A DNA stretch of 64,000 nucleotides, taken from NCBI GenBank assembly GCA_951406725.2, contig OX597818.1, forward strand, positions 71,362,001-71,426,000, read 5' to 3'. Under the pieces are notes generated by a model. That model was given only the letters and a program-made list of their open reading frames with translations. It ran no database searches and was not told the origin of the DNA. Every line of letters starts with the position of its first letter. The stretch's first letter is position 1. The DNA is from Octopus vulgaris. Taxonomy: Eukaryota. Shown piece by piece: positions 13,261-26,367 of this stretch. The translations under genes were made by a program, and so were the position numbers.

Positions 13261-13775
13261 CAATCCTGAAAATATGTTGGATACATGAATGAAAATGTTT
13301 AACAAGGAGATCAAGTGAGCAGGTTTATACTACGTGAAGTGCCTGTCATGTGTTTATGGTAAGATCATTGATGACCAAACTGGTTGCCATCAGAATTAAG
13401 CAAAAATGAGAATAATGTTGGATAGAGAAGGGCAGAAGTGAGGGCACAATTTCACGTCATATGTTTAGTGCAGATATAAGAAAGGAAAGACAAACCTAAT
13501 CAAAGATTGGTGTTATCAAGTGTTAATTAAATGAAATAATGACACAGTTGTTAGATTATGTAGAATGTCTTAAGAGATAAAAGAAATTTTGGAAGGCAGT
13601 GTAAATATTAAACTATTACATGGTAATCCTGTTCAAACTATAAACATTCTAACCAAACCCATTGTCTTCAACAGTTGATCATCGATCACAGGAATCCCTG
13701 ATATAAAATATAGATTATCAATAAATATAAAGAAATTTTTCTATAATGTTTGAAACTTGGAAATATTTATTTCAG

Positions 13776-13826
13776 AGAATCGAACGTTCAAAGACAAAGA
13801 AACACAGACACAGGAAGAACCTGTTG
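13776..13826 (+). CDS. Repeat exon 2 (51 bp, phase 1-1), LC8-type motif DKETQT
   Basis: Same splice flanks as repeat exon 1 (acttggaaatatttatttcag / gtgagtataaaataa); (E)NRTFKDKETQTQEEPV. Confidence 0.8.
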
Positions 13827-14171
13827 GTGAGTATAAAATAACAGCACTTAATTGATTTCTGTAAAGTATATCCTCTGCTTATTTTGATATCAGAATGATA
13901 AAGAGCAGCTTCCATTCTTACCTTTCAATGGGAAGTTTTAGCTGTAAACTAATCATATTAAACATATCGATACTATTGACATTTAATAAAGTATCCAATC
14001 AGGTTAGCACGGTTGGTGAAATGGATAAATTAGAAGCGAAATAGATTTCAGGTTCTCTTTTGGAACAGCCAAATATTAAATGTTGTGGTTTAACAGGTGA
14101 AGTAATGACAAAGGTTTTGTTTGTTTTATATTTTTAAAATGTTTACTGACAAGTTATTGTTGTTATTTTAG

Positions 14172-14206
14172 CTGATGTCGCTCATAATCCGGCAGACTTA
14201 CAATGA
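14172..14206 (+). CDS. Candidate terminal coding exon
   Basis: ttgttgttattttag acceptor, phase 1, (A)DVAHNPADLQ*; AATAAA at 14248-14253. Confidence 0.5.
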
Positions 14207-16341
14207 AATGCGTTCCAAATATGAACACCCTGTCGTTTTTCACGGATAATAAATCTATCATTGCATCCAGTAAACATTGTTTTTATTCAAGTGGAAGACG
14301 TTGGTTTGCTGCTCAGAAAACCGTTGTCTCTTTCCCTTTCTTCAAACTTCATAAAGGCTCTATGATACCATACAATCAAATACATTCAAAGAGACATCGG
14401 GCGGGTTGAAAGAAGAAAGGATAGTGAACACTTTAAATTGCAGATCCTTAAGAACCCTTCGTACAGTACTAACATTCCTGCTCATGTTTGGTTTGAAATG
14501 TCCAATGAAACCAGTAATCAAATATTTCAGCTTTGCGAAGAAACAAGTATAAAGCTTAGTGAAGAAGGCAAGAACGGAGATTGCAACGGGAGGTGATTGT
14601 GTACCATAGAACGTGTACAAATGTTGTGCCCAGTTGTTATAAGCATTAATTAGTATTTAGGGAGTTGTGGGATAAAGATGAACTGATTGATGAATGGTGC
14701 AAGACAAAAGGATTTTATTCATCAAAGTAAGTTAATGCAGAACTAAGTGGCCAATTGAAGCCAATTTCAATCTTGAATGGCAAGATTTAATAGGCTGTAC
14801 TTGCTAAGAGATCAGCTACATGTCAGCAAAATAATGGTTATATGACAGAAAATATCCAGAAGACTAGAATCCGGAGAATGTCTGTGTGTGTAGAACATGC
14901 ATTTTAAATCTGGGATGCCATATAAAAAGCAAAGAAGAATAAAAGAGATTCGGATGTAGTATGGCTTGATCTGGCTAATGCTTATTGTTCTGTACCACAC
15001 ATATTGTTGATGGAAACAAGGAATTTCTTTAATAAATGGGAGGAGATTAAGGATCTGATGAGGAGATGCTATAACAGTTTCAAAATGTGTTTCATAGGAT
15101 AAAATTTCACAAAAGACTGCCAGGTTCTGGATCTGGAATAGCTGTAGGTTGCACAATATCAGTTGGTTGGTGATCTTTATAGTTTTGCTACTTAGATTAA
15201 CAGAATGTCCAGAAGAAATTGCTCAACGGAAAGATATTCATGGCTTACATAACAATACTAACAAGAGACTAAAAGGATATGCAAATAGTTCTGGTTAGTA
15301 GACTCAATAGAGTTAGTACTTAGTCAAGAATGTGGTTTCAAACAAATAAGTAATGCAGTCTATAATTTGTGAGAGGTCAGCTGGAGCAAGGGAAGTTACG
15401 AACGGCAGGAGAACTCATACCAAAAGTTAAAGACAAACCAAAAGTTAAAGATGGTGGTACGTTATCTTGTTGACTGATACATACTGGGGTAGTGAGACCA
15501 TGGCAAAGCTGAAGATGGACAGAAAACAACTGATAATTCAAAACTACTAAAAAAATGCAAAATTTCATGTTTCCAGTTCGATTTTGTTTATATATTCTTC
15601 AGAATAAATTGTTAATTCTCAATTTGGATATAACCCCTTTGTAATAATGTGTACATGAACAGTTATTTTGTAGTTAAGTAGGTTTTGTACAAATGTACAG
15701 TGTTCCAGGATACCTGTTATCGCTTACCTCTCCACCTGTGTAGAACTAATCATTGCTCACCTGAAAAAAAGTCGCTTATTAAGGAGGATGATTGACATTT
15801 CCTTAATCAGATTATATTCTGATGAAGTGTGATGTGGGCAGTTAAAATTAAAGATAGCCAACAGTGACCTTTAAAAAAGAGAGCGGGTTTATGTTTATCC
15901 GACCTGAAACAATGTGTCATGGTCCGACTTTTGAGGACCAATTTGGTTGTCATGGAATTAAGTAGAAAGCTAGAAGAATGTTGATTAGTGAAGTCTAGAG
16001 ATGAGAGGACAATCATGTCATAGATAAGATTAAATATAAGAAAGAGATTAGCAGTGTTAACAAGTGATTATTAAATGAGATAAGTGCAATGTTGTTAGAT
16101 TATGTAGGATGTCTTAATAGAGAGAGGAGATTGAGGAAGGTCAGTCTATTTAGTTGTAGACTTATATATTGGGCTATTACACGGTCCCTTGGTAGAGAGT
16201 ATAAAAATGCTGACCAAAGCCATAATACTCACCAGTTGACCATTGATTACATGAATATCTCACAATAATAAAATACAGAATTATTAATAAAGAATAATAA
16301 GTTTTACTATGAAGTGTAAAACTTGGAAATGTTTATTTCAG

Positions 16342-16392
16342 TGCGTCCAAAGTTTAAAGGGAAAGCATCCCAGAGAGTGGCAGAGCCAGTTG
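16342..16392 (+). CDS. Repeat exon 3 (51 bp, phase 1-1), degenerate motif GKASQR
   Basis: acttggaaatgtttatttcag / gtgagtataaaataa flanks; (V)RPKFKGKASQRVAEPV; lies just before the N gap. Confidence 0.65.
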
Positions 16393-16411
16393 GTGAGTAT
16401 AAAATAACTGT

Positions 16412-16511
16412 NNNNNNNNNNNNNNNNNNNNNNNNNNNNNNNNNNNNNNNNNNNNNNNNNNNNNNNNNNNNNNNNNNNNNNNNNNNNNNNNNNNNNNNNN
16501 NNNNNNNNNNN
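16412..16511. other. Assembly gap (100 N)
   Basis: Exactly 100 Ns; sequence composition changes abruptly across it. Confidence 1.
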
Positions 16512-17019
16512 GTGTTGCGATGATGGCGGGGTGGTAGTGGTGTGGGCATGGCGATGGTGGTGGTGGTGCAGATGGGGGTAGTTGTAGTGGTCACTGCAGT
16601 GATGGTAAGCTGTTGACCGCCATAATCGTAATGATGGTGGCGGTGGCGATGCTGATGGTGGTGCTGGAGGTGGTTACCAGAGCTGCGATGATGATGATGA
16701 TGATCATCATCATCATCATTATCAACATGCAAGTCTTGTTCATGCTGTTGCTGTTGTCACCGTCCTTTATATTTCTACACAGATCTTTATTATTTCTTAG
16801 GCATACAGCAATCTCTCTCTCTCTTTCTCTCTCTCTCTCACACACATCAAGATATACACACACACACACATAGATGCATAGACACAGGCATAATGACATA
16901 AACACACACACACACATGCGCACAGATATTTACTCATACATACACACACCTACACGAACGGATACGCATACATACAACAACAAATGTGCATATGTGTGTA
17001 GAAGGTGCGTTTGTGTAGG

Positions 17020-17024
17020 TGTCT

Positions 17025-17123
<99 letters not shown>

Positions 17124-17364
17124 CAGATAGATGCTATTCAGAGTCATTCTAATTAACACCTTATTACTGAAGTTGTAACTTAATACGTCTGTCAATGTTT
17201 CGGCCTGTCTGTCTTTCTATCCGTCCATCTGTCTATCTAACTGTGTATCTATCTATCTATCTATTTATTGCTCTCTCTCTCTCTCCCTCCTTGTATATAT
17301 ATATATATATATATATATACATACACATACATACATACATACATATATATATATATACATACAC

Positions 17365-17403
<39 letters not shown>

Positions 17404-17501
17404 GATATATATACATACACATACATACATACATATATATACATACATACATATATATCTATGTATCTACGTATCTATATCTGTAGACATGTGTGCATAT
17501 A

Positions 17502-17548
<47 letters not shown>

Positions 17549-17682
17549 GGGGGGAGAGAGAGAAAGACGGACAGACAGACAGAAGTAGGGAGATATATAT
17601 AAATATAATAAAAATTCGATAGACAGATACATACACAAATACATACATACATGCACAAACATACATACATATACGTGCCTAC

Positions 17683-17713
<31 letters not shown>

Positions 17714-18192
17714 CACACATACATCCATGCATACATACACAAACATATATACATACATATACATGCATACATATATATGTAGACACATACATACATTCAT
17801 ACATACACATACATACTTACACTCTGACCTACATACATACATACACGGACAGATATATACACATACGACCATGTTCAATATTATTTTGTCCGTGTGTCGT
17901 CCACCCCACCCACATGACATTACTAACGCCACCACCGCCCTCTCACTTCTTAACTCTAACTTCATTTTACGAGTCTGATGAATAAATAATAAATGGAAAT
18001 AGTTACGGGTGGATTCACCGTAAGGCATGGTTGATAAAGTAGTAAGTTGGACGGGTGGCAGAGTGACCGAATGGATCGGAAGACGGGTGGCCGAAGTGTC
18101 ATATAAAGGTATTGTATTTTGTATGTATATATATTTGCGTGTGTGTGTGTGTATACACAATTCGTGTACATTTATATGTATCGACGTATACA

Positions 18193-18238
<46 letters not shown>

Positions 18239-18287
18239 TATATATATACACACATACACTCTTACATACGACTCTGCCAAAGGACAG

Positions 18288-18326
<39 letters not shown>

Positions 18327-18552
18327 TACGCACACATATATAATAAAAATTCCACACACAGATAGATAGATAGATAGATAGATAGATACATACATATATA
18401 CATACGTACATACATACATACATACGTACATACATACGTACATACATACATACATACATACATACATACATACATACATACATACATACATACATGCACA
18501 TACATACATACATACATACATACGTACGTACATACATACATACATACATACA

Positions 18553-18585
<33 letters not shown>

Positions 18586-18862
18586 GTATACATACATACA
18601 TACATACATACATACATACATACATACATACATACATACGTACATACATACATACATACATACATACATACATACATACATACATGCATGCATACATACA
18701 CACATACATTACATACAATCATACATACGTACGTACATACGTACATACATACATACATACATACATACATACATACATACATACATACATACATACATAC
18801 ATACATACACACACACATACATACATACATACATACATACATACATACATACATACATACAT
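17020..18862. repeat. Compound microsatellite field (GACA, GATA, TA, TACA)
   Basis: Direct inspection; long (TACA)n at about 18385-18862. Confidence 0.95.
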
Positions 18863-19197
18863 AACAAATCGACCCCGAGTCTTTTCTTTTAACTCGGCTT
18901 ACAAAGACCAAGTCCTTGAGTCGAAGCGATCGACCCAAGGACTTGCTCGGTCTCTTGCTGAACCGCTAATTTACGGCGATGTAAACACACCAACACCGGT
19001 TGCCGGCGATTTGACGTCTAAGTTTCGCATATTAGGTGTCCACATTAATGGTCATTCCTCTATACTTTGTATGTAACAATTTTTAATCTTCGGATTTTTT
19101 TAGATATGCTGAGCCACTGGTTTTAATTGATTAATATCAATTTCTACCCTTATTATTTAATTTCATATTTTCATATATGAGAGTGTATGGGTATATG

Positions 19198-19422
19198 TAC
19201 ACAGAGAAGAGACCTTTGATTGGACACCTTACATGCTAGAAAGGGCAGCCAAACCCAAACCACGAAAAAAAAAAGTAATTCCAATGAGCATCAAAACAAA
19301 TATAATTTATAGTTAAGCCCAAGCTCGAGTTTCTTGTATTAATGAAAATTCTTTCGTGGTTTGAGTTTGGCTGCCCGTTCTAGCATGTAAGGTGTCGTGT
19401 GAAAGGTCACCTCCCTCTGTAT
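19198..19422. repeat. Inverted repeat / MITE-like element
   Basis: ~70-bp arms gacaccttacatgctagaaagggcagccaaacccaaaccacgaaa / tttcgtggtttgagtttggctgcccgttctagcatgtaaggtgtc with ~80-bp spacer. Confidence 0.75.
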
Positions 19423-19604
19423 AAATACTTATATAATCATATATATATATGCATGTATGTATGTGTATAAATTAGATTTATATACATTCAAATTTATATA
19501 CATATATTATCTATCTGTCTATCTAATTATCTGTGTGTGGAATTTTTATTGTATATATATATATATATGTATGTGTCTGCTCTTTGGCAGAGCCGTATGT
19601 AAGA

Positions 19605-19671
<67 letters not shown>

Positions 19672-19736
19672 TATTGTGAAATTTGATTTAGTAATACTAA
19701 ATTGAATTTTTTCCTGTAAGTTTGGAATAATATTCC

Positions 19737-19798
<62 letters not shown>

Positions 19799-19964
19799 AG
19801 GCTTTAGTAGGAGACACGTGCCCAAGGGGCCACGCAGTGGGACTGAACCATGTGGTCGGGAAGCAAGCTACTTACCACACAGCCACTCCTGCGCATTCAC
19901 ACACACACACACACGCTTATATACACACATATATATTATAGTAAATATGTGTGTGTGTGTGTGA

Positions 19965-20283
19965 AGATGCGTGGCTTAGTGGTTAGGGGCATTCGACTCA
20001 TGATTGTAAGGTTGTAAGTTCAATTCCCAGCGACGCGTTGTGTCCTTGAGCAAGACCCTTTATTTCACGTTGCTTCAGTCCACTCAGCTGGCAAAAATGA
20101 GTAGTACCTGTATTTCAAATGGCCAGCCTTGTCACACACTGTGTCACGCTGAATCTCCCCGAGAATTAGGTTAAGGGTACAGGTTTGTGGAATGCTCAGC
20201 CACTTGCATGTTAAGTTCACGAGTAGGCTGTTCCGTTGATTGTATCAGCTGGGACCCTCGTCGTCACAACCGACGGAATACTC
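19965..20283 (+). mobile_element. tRNA-derived SINE (family D head, tail shared with family B)
   Basis: A box tggcttagtgg, B box gttcaattccc, gtgtccttgagcaag core, tail equal to 43360-43538. Confidence 0.8.
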
Positions 20284-20415
20284 CTACTATAATATACACA
20301 AGTAGAAGTATATGCATATACTTGTACATGTATGTATAGATCTATACGCATATTTATATATGTGTACACATATATATGTCTACAAGTATATATGTGTGTG
20401 ATAGTGTGTATGTAC

Positions 20416-20481
<66 letters not shown>

Positions 20482-20526
20482 AATCTTAGAGCGAGTTATA
20501 AACAGTAGCTGCAACACATCGTGGCG

Positions 20527-20862
20527 TATATTTGCCATTTAAATATGGCTAACCCCTAAGGGTGGATGCTACTGCAGTTTGTAGCCCCAGGAGGACACCT
20601 CCTGGAAAAGGGATAAGTATTTGTGAAGGGAACCTACTTTTCATCGACAACTGTGATTGTCACACGCCGATGACGGGTCAATACCCAGAAATTCGAGTCC
20701 GTGTGTATAATAAGTTGAAGACGGGAAGGATGGCTTCCCTTTGCAAATACTGATAGGGCACAAAAGTGTGTCTATAGCCTGCTGGAGGAGGTGTCCTCCT
20801 GGGGCTACAAACTACAGTAGCATCCACCCTTAGGGGTTAGCCATATTTAAATGGCAAATATA
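20527..20862 (+). mobile_element. Penelope-like fragment with ~77-bp inverted termini enclosing a hammerhead motif (20661-20705)
   Basis: Arms 20527-20603 / 20786-20862; cacacg-CCGATGA-cgggtcaataccca-GAAA-ttcgag-TC-cgtgtg. Confidence 0.7.
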
Positions 20863-20867
20863 TTTGG

Positions 20868-20914
<47 letters not shown>

Positions 20915-21273
20915 CATATATACATATATATATATACATATATACATATATATATATACATATATACATATATATATATACATATATATATACATATATA
21001 TATATACATATATACATATATATATATACATATATACATATATATATATACATATATATATATACATATATATATATATACATATATATATACATATATA
21101 TATATACATATATATATACATATATATATATATACATACATATATATATATACATATATATATATATACATACATATATATATATACATATACATATATA
21201 TATACATATATATACATATATATATATACATATATATATATACATATATATATATACATATATATATATATAC

Positions 21274-21336
<63 letters not shown>

Positions 21337-21495
21337 CATATGTATATATACATATATATATTTATATATATATACATATAAATATTTATACATATATATA
21401 TATATACATATATATATACATATATATATTTATACATATATATATACATATAAATATTTATACATATATATATATATATATACATATATATATTT

Positions 21496-21531
<36 letters not shown>

Positions 21532-21631
21532 TTATACATATATATATATTTATATATATATACTTATACATATATATATATTTATACATATATATATTTA
21601 TACATATATATATATACACATATATATATAC

Positions 21632-21728
<97 letters not shown>

Positions 21729-21801
21729 CATATATATATACATATATATATATATACATATATACATATATACATATATATATACATACATACATACATA
21801 C

Positions 21802-21850
<49 letters not shown>
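20868..21850. repeat. (TA)n/(TACA) microsatellite, ~1 kb
   Basis: Direct inspection. Confidence 0.98.
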
Positions 21851-21853
<3 letters not shown>

Positions 21854-22240
21854 TAGGATAATCCGGGTATTTATCTGCTGAGTATTGCACATTAGCAAGC
21901 ATTGGAAGACGAGATCATTGTGAACGTACGTCTATTCCAGAAACTGGTGAATTGTCACTATAGGATTATTGCGACAATTGTCAACCATAGAATTATTTAT
22001 ATTATCATAAATTCCAATCGTAAGTCTGCATATCTACCAACAAAAGATGAAGGGAAGAGACGAGGAATGTGCATATATATATATATGTGTATATGCGTGT
22101 CTGTACATATGGATAGATATATACATACATGCATAAAATATTCATTCATATCTATAAACGCATAGACACCGACAAAAATTTCGGGTGTGATTATACCATC
22201 CTACGCTTGTCGAAATATATAACGATTATCATATATATAT

Positions 22241-22664
22241 TCTCTCTTTACTCTTTACTTGTTTCAGTCATTTGACTGTGGCCATGCTGGAGCACCGCCT
22301 TTTAGTCGAGCAAATCTACCACAGGACTTATTCTTTGTAAGCCCAGTACTTATTCTATCGGTCTCTTTTGCCGAACCGCTAAGTAACGGGGACGTAAACA
22401 CACCAGCATCGGTTGTCAAGCAATGCTAGGGGGACAAACACAAACACACAAACACACACACACATACACATACACACATGTATATATATATAAATATATA
22501 CGACAGGCTTCTTTTCAGTTTCCGTCTACCAAATCCGCTCACAAGGCATTGGTCGGCCCGGGGCTATAGCAGAAGACACTTGCCCAAGATGCCACGCAGT
22601 GGACTGAACCCGGAACCATGTGGTTGGTTAGCAAGCTACTTACCACACAGCCACTCCTGCGTCT
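22241..22664 (-). mobile_element. Full-length SINE family A flanked by a ~103-bp direct duplication
   Basis: Reverse complement of the 24161 copy; 22130-22232 equals 22670-22772. Confidence 0.9.
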
Positions 22665-22770
22665 ATACGTGCATAAAATATTCATTCATATCTATAAACG
22701 CATAGACACCGACAAAAATTTCGGGTGTGATTATACCATCCTACGCTTGTCGAAATATATAACGATTATC

Positions 22771-22821
<51 letters not shown>

Positions 22822-23126
22822 ATATGATGGATATGTTTAGATTTCATTGTATTTAAATATACATAGAGTCAAATATATATATATACGTGCATACAGATAG
22901 ATATTTATGTATATATATACAGAAGTGATAAAATCTTCATTTTCTCTTTTTTATTTGGAATTTTTACACACACACACACACACACACACATACACACACA
23001 CACACACACACGATATTTTTGATACGTCATATGCAGTGGATAATATTAACCCAACAAAAAGCTATATCGGAAAGAGATAACACATAAAAGATTTCGGCAT
23101 CCAACGATATTTCATACATGTATGTA

Positions 23127-23160
<34 letters not shown>

Positions 23161-23185
23161 ATTACAAATTTGGGATATTTGTGTG

Positions 23186-23263
<78 letters not shown>

Positions 23264-23309
23264 CATACATACATACATACATACATACATACATACATAC
23301 ATACATACA

Positions 23310-23343
<34 letters not shown>

Positions 23344-23445
23344 CATAAATACATGCATGCATATATAAATACATACATACACACCTACCTGCATACATAC
23401 ACACCTACTTACCTACCTACATACATGCGCACACATACATACACC

Positions 23446-24155
23446 TGATGCACAAAAGGGATAGAGATGCAGGTAAAGCCGTAAAGTGTAACGACAGATG
23501 CAGACTTTGTGGAGTTCACACTGAAGATATCACCCACATCATAAGCAGTTGTTCGAAAATGTCCTCACGGTATTATCTACCGATGAGACATGGCGTTGTA
23601 GCTAGGACATTCTATAATGAAATCCGTCGGAAGGATAATCCCGAGGACAAAGAAATAAGAACCAGCAATATGGCAGAAGCCATAGCTACTAGTAATAAAA
23701 AGGAATACTGGTGGAATGTACCAGTGAAGACCTCAATGAAAGTTAAGCACAACAGACCTGATATAATGATTTGGGATAGAGAAGAGAAACTGTGCACAGT
23801 TGTGGAAATTAGCTGCCCAGCGGATGTTAACATAAAGCTGAAGATCAGTGAAAAAGAGAACACCGATGCTGGACTATTGAGAAATCTGAAGTTACTCTAT
23901 CCAGATTACAAGTTCAGGTTTATACCTGTAATTATTGGGGCCCTGGGATCACCCTGCCTAATTACCAATCTTGATAAATTAGGCTTCTCAAAACCAGAAA
24001 GGAGAAAGCTAATTCGAAGACTACAGATCCAATCCTTCACTGGAACTGTAAAAATTTGTAAAACTTCCCAGAAGTTTATCATTCAAATATATATGAGCAT
24101 GTCTAGGTATGCAACGATACGCATGAGAAGACATACATAAAGCATACACATCTGC
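23446..24155 (+). mobile_element. 5'-truncated R4/Dong/NeSL-type LINE: CCHC knuckle plus restriction-like endonuclease
   Basis: ORF 23448-24140: CRLCGVHTEDITHIISSC, RH, NRPDIMIWD..VVEISCP, EKEN, IPVIIGALG. Confidence 0.92.
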
Positions 24156-24160
24156 ACAAA

Positions 24161-24572
24161 GGCGCAGGAGTGGCTGTGTGGTAAGTAGCTTGCTAACCAA
24201 CCACATGGTTCCGGGTTCAGTTCCACTGCGTGGCATCTTGGGCAAGTGTCTTCTGCTATAGCCCCGGGCCGACCAATGCCTTGTGAGTGGATTTGGTAGA
24301 CGGAAACTGAAAGAAGCCTGTCGTATATATGTATATATATATATATATGTGTGTGTTTGTGTGTCTGTGTTTGTCCCCCTAGCATCGCTTGACAACCGAT
24401 GCTGGTGTGTTTACGTCCCCGTCACTTAGCGGTTCGGCAAAAAAGAGACCGATAGAATAAGTACTGGGCTTACAAAGAATAAGTCCCGGGGTCGAGTTGC
24501 TCGATTAAAGGCGGTGCTCCAGCATGGCCGCAGTCAAATGACTGAAACAAGTAAAAGAGAAAAGAGAAAGAG
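24161..24572 (+). mobile_element. Full-length tRNA-derived SINE family A
   Basis: ggcgcaggagtggctgtgtggtaag (A box), ggttcagttcc (B box), cttgggcaagt CORE-like block, internal (TA)(TG), gaaacaagtaaaagag tail. Confidence 0.9.
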
Positions 24573-24806
24573 ATACATACATACATACATACAGTTATTG
24601 ATACAAACTGTTTTTTCTTTCGTTTTGCATGAATTTCATACAGATCCCTAAACAGTTACACACATAGATACAAAAAAAAAATACCTCGTTGTTGATGTTG
24701 ACATTCCAATGAAAAAGCTAAATATGTTGTATAGATATTTGTTATTCTAAATTCAATTTATTCTTCAATTGGGAAATCAATGCTGAATTTATAATACAAA
24801 TAATAA

Positions 24807-24837
<31 letters not shown>

Positions 24838-24856
24838 AATGATAATAATAATAATG

Positions 24857-24945
<89 letters not shown>

Positions 24946-24980
24946 AAGAAGAAGAAGAAGAAGAAGAAGAAGAAGAAGAA

Positions 24981-25249
24981 ACAATTCCTATCATAGTAGG
25001 TGCATTAGGCATGATAAAAAAATATTCAGACAAATACATAACAAAAACACCAGGACTTACAAACACATATAACATACAGAAAATTGCACTACTAGGCACT
25101 GCACACATCCTACGCAGAACACTTTCCATACAATAACCATCAGAGCATCACAACAAATCACAGCACATACCCAAGGCACACAGAGCTGCGCTCGGTAGTG
25201 AAGTGAAAGCACGCTATAAAAATAAAACTACTGAATAATAATAATAATG

Positions 25250-25297
<48 letters not shown>
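24981..25297 (+). mobile_element. R4/Dong-like LINE 3' end inside a (TAA)n/(GAA)n tract
   Basis: IPIIVGALGMIKKYSDKYITKTPGLTNTYNIQKIALLGTAHILRRTLSIQ* then UTR and (AAT)n; Dong-type elements are known to target (TAA)n. Confidence 0.85.
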
Positions 25298-25480
25298 TTG
25301 TGAAAACAACATACATCCAAGAATTTATTTATTAATCTTTAAATACATATTTTACCTGTGAATTTGCGTGTGTAATCTGGGAATGCATACAATGAGCTTC
25401 TCTGCCCTAGGTGTACGGAAAACACCCGGTGAGAAACGGAAGAAAATTTGAAGAAAGAAGGAAAAAACATAATAATAATA

Positions 25481-25520
<40 letters not shown>

Positions 25521-26094
25521 TGATGATGATGATGATGATGATGATAATAAAACGAAAATACAAAATATACCATTTTTATGAAGGGAGATGAATTTTATCA
25601 CATATGTTGAAGGAATTTACGTAAGAACTTCTGAGTAAAACAATATAATTTGTTTTCTGGTTTGGAGCATAGACAAATAAGTCTTGCAAACTACCACCCT
25701 GGGACAACCAATTAAGTGCAAGTCAGTAGATTCCAAAGTCTGACTTTGAGCTTTATTAAAAGACATTGCGAAGCAAAGTCGTGCGGGGAACCGTGTTCGT
25801 TTAGACTAAAATGGCATATCTGTTGGTTTGATTAGAATTATTAAAATGCAAACCTCTTCCCCGGCAGCACATACAGGGATGAAGGTAGATTCTGTCACAT
25901 TAGGTGATAATGTCTTCTCAATCAACCGTGGCCCATTGCATAATTTAGGAGGATCTAAATTGGTTAGACGCATTATTAGGACCGAAGAGGCGCGGGAAAC
26001 CGTGTTCGTTTAAACTCAAATGGCATGTAGCCGGAAGCCAGAGTAGAAGACACTTACCCAAAGTGTCGCGCAGTGAGACCGAACCCGGAAATGT

Positions 26095-26340
26095 TCCTTC
26101 TCGAGCCATGCTAGCCTCATAAGGGCCGGTTTCCCGTTTTCAGTGGCGTAGAAATTCCCCACCTGGACGGGATGCCGATCTGTCGCAGTGTTACTCATTT
26201 TTACCAGCTGAGTGGACTGGAGCAATGTGAAATGAAGTGTTTTGCTCAAGAACACAATGCGTCGCCCGGTGCAGGAATCGAAACCACAATCTTACGATCA
26301 TGATGCTGACACCCTAACCACTAAGCCACGCGCCTCCACA
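26095..26340 (-). mobile_element. SINE family D
   Basis: Reverse complement head tggaggcgcgtggcttagtggttaggg...gttcttgagcaaaacact. Confidence 0.75.
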
Positions 26341-26367
26341 AACACTCACGCATGCATATATATATGG

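Noticed and set aside
24161-24240. tRNA genes at SINE heads
   Set aside because: A/B boxes are present but I see no full cloverleaf; each continues into a multi-copy SINE body.
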